The notes beneath the pieces were generated by a model. It made no database searches. It was not told the DNA's origin and worked only from the letters and a program-made list of their open reading frames with translations. DNA of 64,000 nucleotides, taken from the NCBI GenBank assembly GCA_036785375.1, contig JAWMAR010000711.1, positions 62,001 through 126,000 on the forward strand, read 5' to 3'. Shown here one piece after another: positions 35,211 to 49,402 of the stretch. The translations under genes and the position numbers were made by a program. This DNA comes from Leucoraja ocellata. Taxonomy: Eukaryota. The number at the start of each line of letters is the position of its first letter. Positions within the stretch are counted from its first letter, which is position 1.

Positions 35211-36310
35211 GCAGCACATACCTTAGCCATGTGCGGTAGTCAAACTGCAGCAGTATTGCAGCCATACAGCGGATGTGCAGTGGATGTACTACAGCAGTAT
35301 CACAGCCATTCTATTGTCATGCTTTTATAGTACTATTGTTATCCTATAGTCATGCTGAGCAATACTACAGCAACAACGTAGCAATACTGTGGCGGTCCTG
35401 TAGCTGTTGAGGTATAGGACAAGACACAAGCTCACAATACATTATGTGGCAGACATGCAGCAATGTAGTAGCAGTACTGTTGCAGCTCAACAGCAGAAAT
35501 ACTGGAGCAGTCCTGCAGCCTGAATGTAGAAGTAACGAGGCTATTCAGCAATAGCACTGCAGCTGCACGGTTGTTGCACTGTGGTCGTAATGTTGCAGCA
35601 CCGTGGGCACGCTGCAGCAGCATTGTTGCCATCACTGTAACAGTACCGCAGATAAACAATAGCCATGCGGTAAAGCTGCAGATGTATAGTAGTTGATGGT
35701 GTTAGCCGTACTGTACATGAACTTTAGCCGTACCGCGTCAGAATGCAGCCAAACTGCAGCCCTAGTCACAGAGTTGCAGGCACATTTTAGCAGCAGAAGC
35801 TGCACTGTAGCAATCCTGCAGGAATACTGTTGCAGCAATGTTGACATACGGCCATGCGATTATCTGCACTGTACCAATCAGCAGCAATGTTGTAAGATTC
35901 TAAACCAGTTGTGTAGAAATACAATAGATTTCTATTCCTACAATAGAACAGTGCTGTCGTGATTCTGCTGTTCGTTGCGGCTGTAATGTGATAGAACTCT
36001 TGGCATACCATAACAGTAGTTTAGCCATTCTGTGGAAATAATGCAGCAAGCATTCCTGAAGCTGTATTGCAACACGACTGAAACCATTCTGCAGGAGTAG
36101 CGTAGCTTCTCTATTGCCATATTGCAGCTGTACTCTCGCCAGACTGCAGCCACCGTGCAGCTGCACTGCTGCTGAACTGCAGCGATATTTGAGGTGCACT
36201 GTTGCAGTACTGTTGTCACTATCTGACAGTACTGAGGCAGTCCATAGATTATTGTAGCACTTCTAGCAATACCATCGCCAGGCTGTAGCTTCACTGAACC
36301 CAGTAACAAA
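35200..36310. repeat. Degenerate low-complexity CTGCAG/TACTG/GCAAT-rich tract (similar tract at about 34000-34230)
   Basis: Dense recurrence of tgcag, gcagc and tactg words with no clean period. Confidence 0.6.
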
Positions 36311-37449
36311 GTCAGGTAATGTTTAAAAAGTATACTTTGTCCTTATTAATGATGGAAGCAAATAATTTAACTTGGTTGTAGTCATAACAAGATTCCAATA
36401 ATTTCTGCAACTATATTGAACCCTGACTGAAACCTAAGTGTAGGAAATTGTAGATAGACACAAAATGCTGGAGTAACTCAACGAGTCAGGCAGCATCTCT
36501 GGAGGAAAGGAATAGGTGACGTTTTGGCTTGAGACTTGGTTGCTGCCTGATCCGTTGAGTTACTCCAGCATTTTGTCTCTTTCTTCAGTGTAAACTATCA
36601 GTTTGATAGTTATATGGATGGGAAGGGAATGGAGGGTTATGGTCTGAACGCAGGTATATGGGACTAGGGGAGATTATGTGTTCGGCACGGACTAGAAGGG
36701 TCGAGATGGCCTGTTTCCGTGCTGTAATTGTTATATGGTTATATGGTTATATAAACCAGCATCTGCAGTTCCTACTCACACAAGTAGGAAACTGTGTTCA
36801 GATCTGGTTTCCCTATCTAAGAACTCAAACACACAAAACTTAGAGGTCAAAAGAGTTTGGCCAGATTGATTCCTGGAATTGCTGGATTGAGAAGAGAATC
36901 TGCAGTTTTTTTGGTGTTAACAATGTTTTCCCCGGCCTGTTGACTTTGTGCAAGGGATCACATATCTCAAAATACAGAGGTGGCCATGTAAGACTGAGAT
37001 CGGAAGTGATTTCCACGGCCAGTCTGGGGTGAATCTTTGACATTTTTAACCTGTGTGGACTGTGGAGACTCCGTCACTATGTATGGTTAAAACAGAGATC
37101 AATTGTTTTTGGACAATATGAATGCAGGAAATGGACATTTGGATCAAAGATCAGCCATGATCATATTGAATAGCGGAGCTGGTCAGGACAGAGTGATTCA
37201 CTTTAGCTTCTATTTCTTATCTATTTATGTTTTCACCTTATTTCAGATCCCATTGAGAGTCTCTAACAAATATTAGTATAATTCTAAATATAATTTCACA
37301 TGATCTCCTGCTGCCCCAGTTTCTGCATGCCTACATATTCTGGTAAATTTACATGAATTGTGTTTAGCTTTCCTCTCCATTAGGGGGTGACATTTCGTTG
37401 TCTCTGTACTGTACACTGACAATGACAATTAAAATTGAATCTGAATCTG

Positions 37450-37735
37450 GACATGGTGACGTAGTGTTGCTGCCTTACAGTGCCTGAGACCAGGGTTCGA
37501 TCCTGACCTCGGGTGCTGTCTGCATGGAGTTTGTATGTTCTCCCTGGGACCACGAGAGTTTTCCCCAGGTGCTCCGGTTTCCTCCTACACTTCAAAGACC
37601 TACAGGTTTGTAGGTTAATTGGCTTCTGTGAAAATTGTACATTGCCACTAGTGTACGGGGTGTTCGTTGGTCAGCGCGGACTCAGTGGGCCAAAGGGCCT
37701 GTTTTGCACTGTATCCCTAAACTAAACTAAACTCC
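37450..37735 (+). mobile_element. HE1/V-type SINE
   Basis: B box GGTTCGATCC, V core, CR1-like tail ending (ctaaa)n. Confidence 0.75.
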
Positions 37736-38217
37736 CCGGGTCACAGGCTAAGTCCACGTGGAATATATTGCTCCGTGATGGCAGATGATACATTTTTCTT
37801 TTCAAACACCAGAGTTTTAGACTGACAGCTGCACTCAAGACAGTTCCGACTGCAGTTTCTGATTCTCAGGCTGATTCCTTCCCAGGCTGAGACTTGATAT
37901 CTTGATACTAGTGGTTCACTCGCACCTAGAACTGGATGGGTTAATGACCACTGGTGATATATTATGCAAATGTACAACCTTACAAATAGGAACTGGTTTT
38001 TCAAGCCAATCCTCCATTTAATAAGATTGTGGATAATCTGGTAACTCTGCAATCCCATGTTATAATCAATTTATCAAACTTTTTTCCCCCAATCATTTCC
38101 CCCGTTAAGATTCCTTTGTAGGTTTCTTGTGTGTTCTTCAAGATGAATATCAAAATGTAAGGTCAAAAGACCAAAAGTTGCTCGGAGCAACTTCATCTTC
38201 ATAAGACAACAGCCGAC

Positions 38218-39540
38218 CTATACTTGATCTCTATGGGCACACGCATGGGCCCGAGCTATGCCTGCCTTTTTGTTGGGTACGTCGAACAATCCTTGTTCGA
38301 GGCGTACCATGGCCCTATCCCCAAACTTTACTTCCGCTACATCGACGACTGCGTTGGTGCTACCTCCTGCACCCATACAGAACTCCCCGACTTCATCCAT
38401 TTCACCACTAACTTCCATCCGGCACTCAAATACACCTGGACCATTTCCGAAATCTCCCTACCGTTTCTAGACCTTACTATCTCCATCGCAGGTGATAGAC
38501 TTCTGACCGACATCCACCATAAACCCACTGACTCCCATGGCTATCTGGACCACACTTCTTCCCACCCTGCTTCCTGTAAGGACTCCATCCCCTATTTTCA
38601 ATTCCTCCGTCTATGCCACATCTGCACCCAGGATGATGTTTTCTACACCAGGACTTTGGAGATGTCCTCACTCTTTAGGGACCCTGAAGCTCTCACCAGG
38701 GTCTCTTCTATATCCTGTAACTTTGCTCTCACTCCCCATCCCCCCACTCATAAAAAGGGCAGAGTCCCCCTTGCCCTCACCTTCCACCCTACCAGCTGTC
38801 ACATACATCAAATAATCCTCCGACATTTTCGCCACCTCCAACGGGATCCCACCACTGGCCACATCTTCCCATCTCCTTCCCTTTTGGCTTTCTGCAGACA
38901 CCGCTCCCTCCGTAACTCCCTGGTCAATTCATCCCTTCCCACCCAAACCATCCTCTCTCCTGACACTTTCCCTTGCGACCACAGGAAATGCTACACTTGT
39001 CGCTTTACCTCTCCCCTTGACTCTATTCAAGGACCTAAGCAGTCTTTCCAGGTGCGGCAGAGGTTCACCTGCACCTCCTCCAACCTCATCTATTGCATCT
39101 GCTGCTCTAGATGTCAGCTGCAGGCTTGGTGATCATTTCGCCCAACATCTCCGCTTGGTCCGCAATAACCAGCCTGATCTCCCGGTGGCTCAGCACTTTA
39201 ACTCCCCCTTCCATTCTGAATCCGACCTTTCTGTCCTGGGCCTCCTCCATTGCCAGAGTGAGGCCCACTGTAAATTGGAGGAGCAGCACCTCATATTTTG
39301 CTTAGGTAGTTTACACCCCAGCGGTATGAACATTGACTTCTCCAATTTCAGGTAGTCTCTGCTTTCTTCTTCTTTCCCCTCCCCTTCCCAGCTCTCCCAC
39401 AGCCTCTTCCTTTCTTCTTCCCGCGCCCCACATCCGCACATCAGTCCGAAGAAGGGTCTCGACCCGAAACGTCGCCTATTTCCCTCGCTTCATAGATGCT
39501 GCCTCACCCGCTGAGTTTCACCAGCATTTTGATCTCCAGC
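38218..39540 (+). mobile_element. 5'-truncated Neptune-type PLE in the last ACE intron (antisense to ACE)
   Basis: MGTRMGPSYA, FRYIDD, CDHRKCYTC; GIY-YIG partly deleted; hammerhead motif at 39446-39473 with mutated core CCGAAGA. Confidence 0.9.
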
Positions 39541-39667
39541 TATACTTGATCTCCATGTACTTGCTGATCTCTTATAACTGTTAACACCTTTGCCTGATAG
39601 AAATATATCAATCTTGGTCTACACATGTATAACTGAACCAGCCTCAGGAGCATCTGAGTGAGCAGGT

Positions 39668-39735
39668 GAATGGTGGGGTGGTGGTGGGTGGTGGGTGGTG
39701 GGTGGTGGTGGGTGGTGGGTGGTGGTGGGTGGGTT
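39668..39735. repeat. (GGT/GGGT)n microsatellite
   Basis: ggtggtgggtggtgggtgg... Confidence 0.85.
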
Positions 39736-39936
39736 GAGGAGTTGACCAGGTGGGCAATCGAGGGGATGTCGGAGACAGGCAGGGAGGGTTTGGTGGGGCG
39801 GCAGGTTGGTGTTTGCAGGGTGACAGGTGAGCGTGGAGTTGCATAAAAGATGACAGAAGCTTCATCTCTTCTGACGGCTCTTTCGACGTGGAAACAGCGG
39901 CTCCAATCAGCGAGGCAGGTCAGTCGGCTATTTCAC

Positions 39937-40480
39937 CTACGCTCGCGTATGATGAGCCCTTTTGTATGGCTGTGAGACTTGGACAATTGACAAGAAACAT
40001 ATCAAACAGTGCAAGTGTTTCCACCTGAGATCCCTGTGATCATTCATGGGCATCAAATGGTGGAGCAGAGTGACAAATTTGGAATATCTGGACAGGGCCA
40101 GCCCGTTTGGCATCAAGGCCATGATGAACATGAGGGAACAGTTGCAGTAGACTGGTCGAGGAATCTCTATGGACAGCTCCGAGCAAGCTCCCTTATGGAA
40201 TTCTTGCTCAGAAACTAGGGACATCCAAGGAAGTGATACTCGTTCCTCGCCCCGGATGGAACAAGCTTGTGAGCTTTGACCAAAAGGGTCTGAAATCAAC
40301 TCTGAAGACTGCGGACAGGATGGAATCGGCAGAGCCAGAGAATGTGGAATGCCTCAGCATCTGCACCCACCTCAGTGCCTTCCCCTTACAGCCACGGTTC
40401 CTCAGTGCATGCCTCCAGGGCTGGTCTTGCCAGCCACATTCAGGCTCACATATGAAGACCGCACAACTGACATAATCAAA
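39937..40480 (+). mobile_element. Degenerate RTE-like LINE 3' fragment
   Basis: ALLYGCETWTIDKKHIK..FHLRSL..IMGIKWW; LYGQL. Confidence 0.65.
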
Positions 40481-40690
40481 CACCAGGGCCAACCAACCGT
40501 GAGGCGAGTGATTGAAAGGGCTGGGCAAGGGTGGGGCTGGTGGAGATGGGAGGGCGTGGAGTTGGCAAGGGTGGGCAGGTGAGGGTTGTTTGTTTGGCGG
40601 GGGTGGGGAATGCGAGGGGCGTGCGATGAGTGTTGCATTTCTGCCTTACTGTCGGGACGTGTTTTTCTTTAACTTGTGAACATTGCTGAC

Positions 40691-40872
40691 CTGGTGTCCA
40701 GTCATACTCGGGCCATCCCAGTGTCTCGCCATTCTTCTTGTTTTCCACTTCCAGCCATGTGATCAGCGGCTCAAAATATGTCAGCAGAGACGCGGCCGAC
40801 ATACTTGTGTTCCCAGTAATCATCCTCATGGCCTCGTACCAGGGCTTGCTGCTTCCCAGCTTCATGGCGTCT
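40691..40872 (-). CDS. ACE: ACE exon
   Basis: 182 bp, AG/GT; [20 protein letters not shown]...[10 protein letters not shown]. Confidence 0.93.
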
Positions 40873-41096
40873 CTGCGGTAAAGGCACAGAAAGAGTCAGA
40901 CATCGGCTTTGATTCTGAGTCACAGGTGACTGGGGGAGGGGGGGAGGGGGATGTGAACCAGTCAAAATGCATGGGCTCCATGACATAACGAGAGTTTGCC
41001 ATCACTGTTGGACAAGGCATTGTAGGGTTAAGGTACCGTATGCATCGTATGTACCAGAGGATCTGGGTTTTAGGGTTACCCTGAGTTGGAATATAT

Positions 41097-41720
41097 TGTG
41101 CAAGAAGGAACTGCAAATGCTGGTTTACACCAAAGATAGACACAAAATACTGGAGTAACTCAGCGGATCAGGCAGCATCTTTGGAGAAAAGGAATAGGTG
41201 ACCTTTTGGGTCGAGACTCTTCATTCAGATTCAGATTCAGATTCAGATTCAATTTTAATTATCATTGTCAGTGTACAGTACAGAGACAACGAAATGCATT
41301 TAGCATCTCCCTTGAAGAGCGACATAGCAAACGATTTGAATAAAAAATAAATAATAAGTGTCCGGGGGGGGGGGGGGGGGGGGGTGACTGGCAGTCACCG
41401 AGGTACGTTGTTTAGTAGAGTGACAGCCGCCGGAAAGAAGCTGTTCCTCGACCTGCTGGTTCGGCAACGGAGAGACCTGTAGCGCCTCCCGGATGGTAGG
41501 AGGGTAAACAGTCCATGGTTGGGGTGAGAGCAGTCCTTGGCGATGCTGAGCGCCCTCCGCAGACAGCGCTTGCTTTGGACAGACTCAATGGAGGGGAGCG
41601 TGGAACCGGTGATGCGTTGACTCATCTGATGAGGATCCTGCCCTGAAACGTCACCTATTCCTTTTCTCTGGAAATGCTGCCTGACCTGCTGAATTGCTCC
41701 AGCATTTTGTGTCTATCTTT
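41097..41720. repeat. Inverted PLE-terminus pair with a Rex/Babar 3' end (41225-41620, minus, (TCTGAA)n tail) at its centre
   Basis: Left arm ..gctggtttacaccaaagatagacacaaaatactggag..; right arm ctgatgaggatcctgccctgaaacgtc..ctccagcattttgtgtctatctttgg; insert SHPNHGLFTLLPSGRRYRS. Confidence 0.75.
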
Positions 41721-41744
41721 GGAAAATATTGTGGCAACTGCTAA

Positions 41745-42352
41745 TTTGAGTATAGGAGCAGGGAGATTCTACTGCAGTTGTACAGGGTCTTGGTGAGACC
41801 ACACCTGGAGTAGTGCCTCAGTTTTGGTCTCCTAATCTGAGGAAAGACATTCTTGCCATAGAGGGAGTACAGAGAAGGTTCACCAGACTGATTCCTGGGA
41901 TGTCAAGACTTTCATATGAAGAAAGACTGGATAGATTCGGCTTGTACTCGCTAGAATTTAGAAGATTGAGAGGGGATCTTATCGAAACTTACAAAATTCT
42001 TAAGGCTAGATGCAGGAAGATTGTTCCTGATGTTGGGGAAGTCCAGAACAAGGGGTCACAGTTTAAGGATAAGGGGGAAATCTTTTAGGACCGAGATGAG
42101 GAAAACATTTTTCACACAGAGAGTGGTGAATCTCTGGAATTCTCTGCCTCAGAAGGTAGTTGAGGCCAGTTCATTGGCTATATTTAAGAGGGAGTTAGAT
42201 GTGGCCCTTGTGGCTAAAGGGATCAGGGGGTATGGAGGGAAGGCAGGTACAGGATACTGAGTTGGATGATCAGCCATGATCATATTGAATGGCGGTGCAG
42301 GCTCGAAGGGCCGAATGGCCTACTCCTGCACCTATTTTCTATGTTTCTATGT
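41745..42352 (+). mobile_element. CR1 3' fragment
   Basis: LVRPHLE, QRRFTRLIPGM, tail tttctatgtttctatg. Confidence 0.9.
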
Positions 42353-43413
42353 TTCAGTCACTAATTCTAGGGACCCAGGACACCTCTCATTGGACCAATG
42401 AGCCAATGGCCAGAGAGATTATGTCAGGATCCAGCAATGTGTGGGATCAGGAGCTGTGGTGTGACTATCTGACCTCATCCCTGGTCTGGCTATTGGTTAC
42501 ATAAAAAGGTACAGCACAGGAACAGGCCCTTCGACCCACAACACGTGACGTTGTGTCATATATGATGTTGCTGAGTGCAATCTGAGCAGAATGTAGTCAT
42601 CAACATTACAGCCATGTGAGGTACCTTGGGATGTTTCCTGAGACATACCATTCGAGGCATATAAAGACCGGAGGAGCAAGTTAGAATAGGAATAAAGTGG
42701 TATTCCATTTTCTGCTGTGTGGTACCGCTATTGGGAATGCTAACTTATCCACTACCCTATAATGTATTATGGAGTGACTTGCTTGACTTTATTCATTTTT
42801 TGAGATCGATGGCTCGTTTGCAAGGCTGGACTTTACTGCCTATTCCTAATTTCCCTTCAGGAGATGGGCTTGTTAGACTATTTCAGAGGACATTTGGAGT
42901 TAACCATATTGATGTGGTGAAAGTGTCATATAAAGGACAAAGCAGGGAATGACATATTCCTTCCCTCAACCTGATCTTGCTGAAGAGCATCGGTGAACCA
43001 GATGGAAGATAGAACATTGAATAGTGTGGCACACGACCAGGCCCTTCCGCGTGTGAAGTCTGTTCTGACCATGATGCCAGTTTAAACTGTACACCTGCCT
43101 ACATGTAGTTTATATCTGCCCATTCCCAGCCTATTTGTGGTCTACCTAAATGCCTTTTAAATGTTGCTATCGTAAATGTTATAAGAATTCATCACATTTT
43201 GTGATCATCATCACCCATTCTCAATTGGATTTTAAATTCCATACCAGCCATGGTGAGATTTGGTCGGATCCTGTGTTTGTTAGTCCAAGTCTCTGCGCTG
43301 CCAGCCTTGTATCCCAAGCATTGTACCAATAGACCTGTTTCACTAGTGATTTGTTTCACAGTTTAATGTAATTCTTTATGTAGACCACGGCAGCCCTTTT
43401 ACATTGCTCTTAC

Positions 43414-43536
43414 CCAATGAGTTTTCCAGCTGCATGTGACTGATAGATGTCACATTTGTACAGAGGTCCAACGTGTTCTGCAGCTTTGCAAAGGCTCTCA
43501 TGGAACTGGAACTGGATGATGAAGCTTACAAAATAC
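43414..43536 (-). CDS. ACE: ACE exon
   Basis: 123 bp, AG/GT; [41 protein letters not shown]. Confidence 0.96.
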
Positions 43537-45129
43537 CTGAGAAAAAGTTTAGGAAGATAAGCAGAATTCATGCATATTGCATAGGCGGACATATTGATGA
43601 AAATCAATGTTCTACTGGCCAAAACCGTTTCCGTAGATTATTGTAAAGCATTATAGGATTCAATCAAATTCCAATGACATCAGTTAGTTTTGGTCATCTT
43701 AGTCAAACCCATCTTCCTGCCTCTCATACCTGACTCCTGTAAACTCTCTTCCTCACTCTCTGCAGTGTAATCAGCGTGGTGAGCAGAACTGCACCTTTAC
43801 TGCACTTACTGTGTGTGCATGCATACTAATTCTTTCACATTACTCTGAACATAACAATTTAATCATTTCACACTAATGTTCTCTTTCCCCAGTGCTGGTG
43901 CTAGTAGTTAAGGAATACAATCTCCTTTATCCCACACTCTTTAAGCCACGGGCTCAACACACTCAGATCTTATTAACCTTATCCAACCTTGCATTTGGCT
44001 CAGGTAGTAATCAAAGGTAGTATTACCTTTATAGTTCTTCCCTTTCACTTTGGAGTTTCAATCCATATATTCTGTTTTTTTCTAATTCCACTTATGTTTT
44101 AGGTTTATACATGGAGCACAAGATCTGGTTCCTCCTCCTCCTACTGTGTCTCATTCCAGTCCTTTGGGACTTACACTCGTGGCTGCGGAGCATACTATTT
44201 ATCTTCACAACAATACTGTCCTCTGCCACTAAGGCATCCCCTCTCAGTCCCTTCCCTGTATGGCTACGATGGCGCCATGGTCCAATCTCCCTCATATTCA
44301 TTGTTCACGTTTGAATGCACTGTAAGTACCTGTCAACCTGTTGGTCACAGCTTAAGCTGACCCACTGTCTCTGGTTCCCAGAACAACATGGCTTGTTATC
44401 ATGTCCAGTCCATGGGAATTTCCCAAACCCAGATTACTGCCTGACTTCAAGATGAGTCTGCACCAGGGATCAATGATCCAAATTCCTGATGAAATATGAT
44501 AATCTGATGAAACTAATGCCTGAAACTCAGTGCAGCTCAACATGCCCCAATGTGCTAAATTGGTTTCAAGACATCTCACTGCGCTCCAGGAAATTGTACT
44601 TGGAACAGGAGAACTAGTTCCTCTGACACGCACTTTACAGCTACAATACATTACCTGCCTTGCCAACTGTAAGAAAGATTGCTCAATGTAATGAGTGTCT
44701 AATATAGGGATCAATGACGTGGCCTCAACCCAACGTTTTGTTTTGTTTTATGTGGTCAATCTGTTGTGGTTCGTATTTGATAACCAATTTGATTTTTGAT
44801 CATTCTAATCCCAGTAAAAATAATCCTCTTACATATTTACCTTTTCGATTGTAAGCTGTAAGAAAACGTGCATGTGTATCATCCTGTACTTATCAACAAA
44901 CAAAACTGGACATTTACAACCTGGCGGTAACATTAACCATCCTAAGTACGGACAAACTAGGAACACAAATAGATTGCTTGGTCCCTCACGTTTCCTCTGC
45001 TACACAATAAGATCATGTCCTATCTGACTGTAAACTCTATTTTGCAATCCCATATATCTGCAATGTAATTTCACACCCTTGCTCATCAAGAATTTATCTA
45101 ACTGCCTTAAAAATCTTCAAAGACTCCCT

Positions 45130-46000
45130 TTACAATTGGATTCTTGACTTCCTCATTGAGAGACCTCAATCAGTGCGGATTGATAGCAAGATCTTCTCCT
45201 CATTGACCAGATGCACCTGAGGCCTGTGTGCTTACCCCCCTGCTCTACTCTGTACACCCATCTTTGACTAGGCATAAGTCCAAGGCCATGATGCCACTAT
45301 TGTTGGCTAAATCACAGCGAGTGATGTATCAGCCTACAGGAGTGAAATAATAGAACACCTAGTTAAGTGGTGCCACAACCACAACTTCTCACTCAATGCC
45401 AACAAAACCAAGCAACTAATCATTGACTTCAGAAGAGAAGTCTGGAGACCATGTGCTGGTTTCCAGAGTCCGAAGAAGGTCCTGACCCAAAAGGTCACCT
45501 ATCCAATTTCTCCAGAGATGCCATCTGACCCGCTGAGTTACACTTTGAGTCTATCTTTGCCAGTTTCCATTGCTGGGTTGACAGTGGAGAACATCAGCAG
45601 TTTCAAATTCCTGGGCATTAGCTTCACGATGATCTGCCCTGGACCTAGTAAATAGATGTAATGAAGAAGAAGGCGTGCCAGTGTTTTTATTTTCTTAAAG
45701 AGAGTTGGCATGACACCGAATACTCTAATAAACTTCCACTGATGTGTCTTAGAACGTATCCTGACTGGTTGCATCATGGCAATTCCAACATATGGGAAAC
45801 ACAAGAGGAAGCAGAGAGTGGTGATCTCAGCCCAGTCCATCATGAACACTATCAATAACATTAAAATGAGGCAGCATCTATCATTATGGATCCTCCTCTC
45901 TATCTGGACTTTGACCTCTCTCACACCAACCATTGAGCAGGAAGGATAGAAGCCCAAAGTCCCACACCACCAGGTTCAAGAATAGCTATTTTCCTACAAC
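45130..46000 (+). mobile_element. Rex1/Babar-type RT fragment with a PLE terminus inserted at about 45468-45560
   Basis: NWILDFL..RPQSVRI, NKTKQLIIDFRR, FKFLG, RFKNSYFP. Confidence 0.7.
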
Positions 46001-46801
46001 CGACCTGTACAGCCCTAATCCTATCTTGGCGATGAAACACTACAAACCACCTCTTGTACTACCATGAACTTGTTTAAAAATTGTGCCTTGCAATAATGTA
46101 TTGTTTATTTACTCTTTTCCATTTACTGTCGTGCAGAATTTATGCAGAATTTATGCAGAATTTATGCAGAATTTATGTTTTTGTTGTGTGGTCTGAATCT
46201 ATATGCCTGTGATTCTGTTGCAGACAAGATTTCATTATACCTGTAGCATGCCATAATATATATGCATATGCAAATAAACTCATCTTGACATGACTTGCAA
46301 AGCTCTTGAGGAAGAGATTCCAAAGACAGAACTACCTGAGAGAAAATACATTTGCCACCCATGGCTCTTTATTTTTAAGAGGAACCATTCACCATCACTC
46401 CGCCCATGTACCTCATGATCTCATACATTTCAAGCAAGTCCCCTCTCCCTAGGTTCATGTGTCCTTTTCATTATTTACCACACTATCCTTCCACCATCAG
46501 CAAATTACTGCAGCCAGGTCATTATAGAAATTGTAAAAAATGAACCCCAGCAAACATTGCCTGTGGTATGTCACTCAATACATCTTGCCACCTGAAAAAG
46601 CCAGCGCTGCAGTTCTTGGTTGCCAGCTCATCTTCCGCCCTTGCTAATATGTTAAATCCTAATCTGTGAGCTTTTAATTTTCCACAATAACCTTCGTGTG
46701 GTATCAAGCATCGTCAACAGCAAGCTGCACCCCCTTCCTCTCGAAAAGCATTTGCTAACCTGGCCAATTTATTTTAACTGACCCTAGGTCGAAGTTCTTG
46801 A

Positions 46802-47118
46802 TTTAGTTTAGTTTAGAGATACAGCGCGGAACCAGGCCCTTCGGCCCACCGAGTCCGCGCCGACCAGCAATCCCCGCACATTAACACTATCCTACACACA
46901 TCAGGGACAATTTACATTTATACCAAGCCAATTAACCTACAAACCTGTACGTCTTTGGAGTGTGGGAGGAAACCGAAGATCTCGGAGAAAACCCACACGG
47001 TCACAGGGAGAACGTACAAACTTTGTACAGACAGGACCCGTAGTCGGGATTGAACCCGGGTCTCTGGCACCGCAAGCGCTGAAAGGCAGCAACTCTACCA
47101 CGGCGCCATTGTGCCACC
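46802..47118 (-). mobile_element. HE1/V-type SINE, near full length
   Basis: tRNA-like head, V core, (ctaaa)n tail. Confidence 0.8.
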
Positions 47119-47574
47119 GTCGTCATTTAAGTCATTCAATTACTCTTCCTCAGTCAGACCAAAAATAGCATTGATTTCTTCTGGTCAAATTTCAACATCC
47201 TTATGGCTGAAAAAATGATCACTTCCTTCTGATGACATCGCAGATGGTCAATGCCTTTGGTTGGACATATTTCTGGAAGTTCCATCACATGCCCTCCCCC
47301 ACCCATAACTTCACCTGCAAACCCACCCTCAATCTGCCAAAGAGAATATTTCCTACTTCCACAAACTTTATAAATTATTGATGAGGAAGGAAAATAATTG
47401 TATTAACATCATTATAATTTTCTCCCAGGATTGATGGCAGAGTTTAATCTTCAAGTTATTGTGCCTCCAGGATAACTCTGCAGGGTTGGAAACCTGAGAT
47501 ATTTGAGTTAAAGTTACCATAAGATACATTAACAATATCCCAGAGCCGGAGAAACATCTGTGTTCAGGACATAC

Positions 47575-47673
47575 CTGACATAGGGGACACTGGAAGGAAT
47601 GTGGAATTTCGCACCAGGATCAAAATCTTCCTCTGAGCGAAGTACAGGAGGACACAGTCCTTGATATTTTAAC
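47575..47673 (-). CDS. ACE: ACE exon
   Basis: 99 bp, AG/GT; [33 protein letters not shown]. Confidence 0.96.
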
Positions 47674-49402
47674 CTGTGGGCAAGAGATACAAGGTAATTT
47701 GGCACTAGCACAGCACAGGTGAGGTTTAACATCTACCCTGAAGCTTCTACTTGCTGTAGGCTTCAGAAAGTCATTGTACCCTTGATCTGGGGTTGGTGGG
47801 TGGGAGATGGGGCAGCATACCAAATGCAGCCAACAATAATAGAGTCATTTGATAGGAACTGCTTGGGAACCATTCACAAGATGGTGGGTCCAGCATTCAT
47901 CAGTTTCACTAATTGTTCTGAAGAAGGTGCTCTAGAGATTCCTGAACTGCTGATGTGTTTGTGGTGAAGGTTGTGAAATAGAGAGTTCTGGTATTCAGAC
48001 CTTATGGCGGTAAAGGGTATGTGAAATGGAGAAGAACTTGGATATCATGGTATCCCGCAGCAGTTTGTGTCCTGGTCTTTCTTGAGGGTGGAGGTCATGT
48101 GTTTAGGAGATGTAGTCACAAACATCATACACTTGACACATACTGGAACCTTGCTAAATATTGCTTGAGAACACAGGAATTTAAGCGGGTCATATCTTGA
48201 GTCTGCTGAAGAAGAAAATCATCAACATAGTTGATAAGGTGAACTGCGGATGTTTCCGTTGAGGTTACACACACAAAACCATTTCCCTTAGACAGCACTC
48301 CATGCAACTCAATTGTTATCCCTCAATGTGTCCCGTTGTTGCAATAGGTCAAAACCATCAGAAGTGGAGACTCAGATGTAAGTCATATCCCCAGCCGCAC
48401 CAACATCCTTCCAGACTCTATGACATCTCCTCTACCACTTCCCATCTTCTCTCAGATGCGGGATTCCCCCATGTAAAGACTACTTGAGTAATGTTACTTT
48501 CTCTCCGTTCCATTTTCTCTTCCCCTCTCTTTCATTCGTACTGTTATCTGTGTCACAAGCCATCTATTTCTGATACTTAAAATCCATGCAGTCTCACTGT
48601 CTCTGGTAATGTAGGGCCATCTTACCAAATGAGTAAGGTGATATGTCAGCTGCAAACAATGCAACCACTGAGAAAGTTGCCAGAGCCATTCGCAGGATGG
48701 GGCACTGGTGGCATGCCCAGTCTACATTATCCGACCCATACTCTCCAAGAGAAGGTTATTAATGTGCTCACGGTCTATCATGTTCTCTCTTTCTTTACCG
48801 GATATGATATATATGAGGATAAGTGTATCGTGAAAGCATGATATAGAGGAGGAATGACTTCAGTTAGAAAGGTATGGGATGTTAACGGTTCACACGGTGA
48901 TTGATGGTGGTCCTGAGGTGGACACAATGAAGCATTTATGTGCGGATGGATCATAGAAGCACGCGTAACCTTTAAACATATGATGATTGAGGTAATTAGA
49001 TTTGTGAACACTTTTGTCCAGTAGAAATAAATGGGATTGAAACCAATAAATTCCCAGTGCCTGGGAATTTCAGATCATGGGGCCTGAAGTAAATCATTGG
49101 AATCTATTATTGAGGAAGTGCTTGCCATTAGGAAATAGAACTGGACCATTAACATGGATGTGTGAAAGGGTACCTGTCAGTGTTAGTGTTGTCCAATGAC
49201 AAGTGGGAACCAAGGTCTTTACGCTGACTGGTTAGCACGCAACAAAAGCTTTTCATTGTACCTCACTACACGTGACAATAAACCAAACTCAAACTCAAAC
49301 GGCGCTGCCTAGTTGGTCTCTCAGAAGGCCTTTGATAATGTACCACAGAAGAGGCATCTATGTGACTTTCCCCATCACAGAACATCAGCCACTGTATTTT
49401 AC

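Noticed and set aside
46802-47118. tRNA genes at the SINE heads
   Set aside because: A/B boxes continue into SINE core and LINE-like tail; no complete cloverleaf
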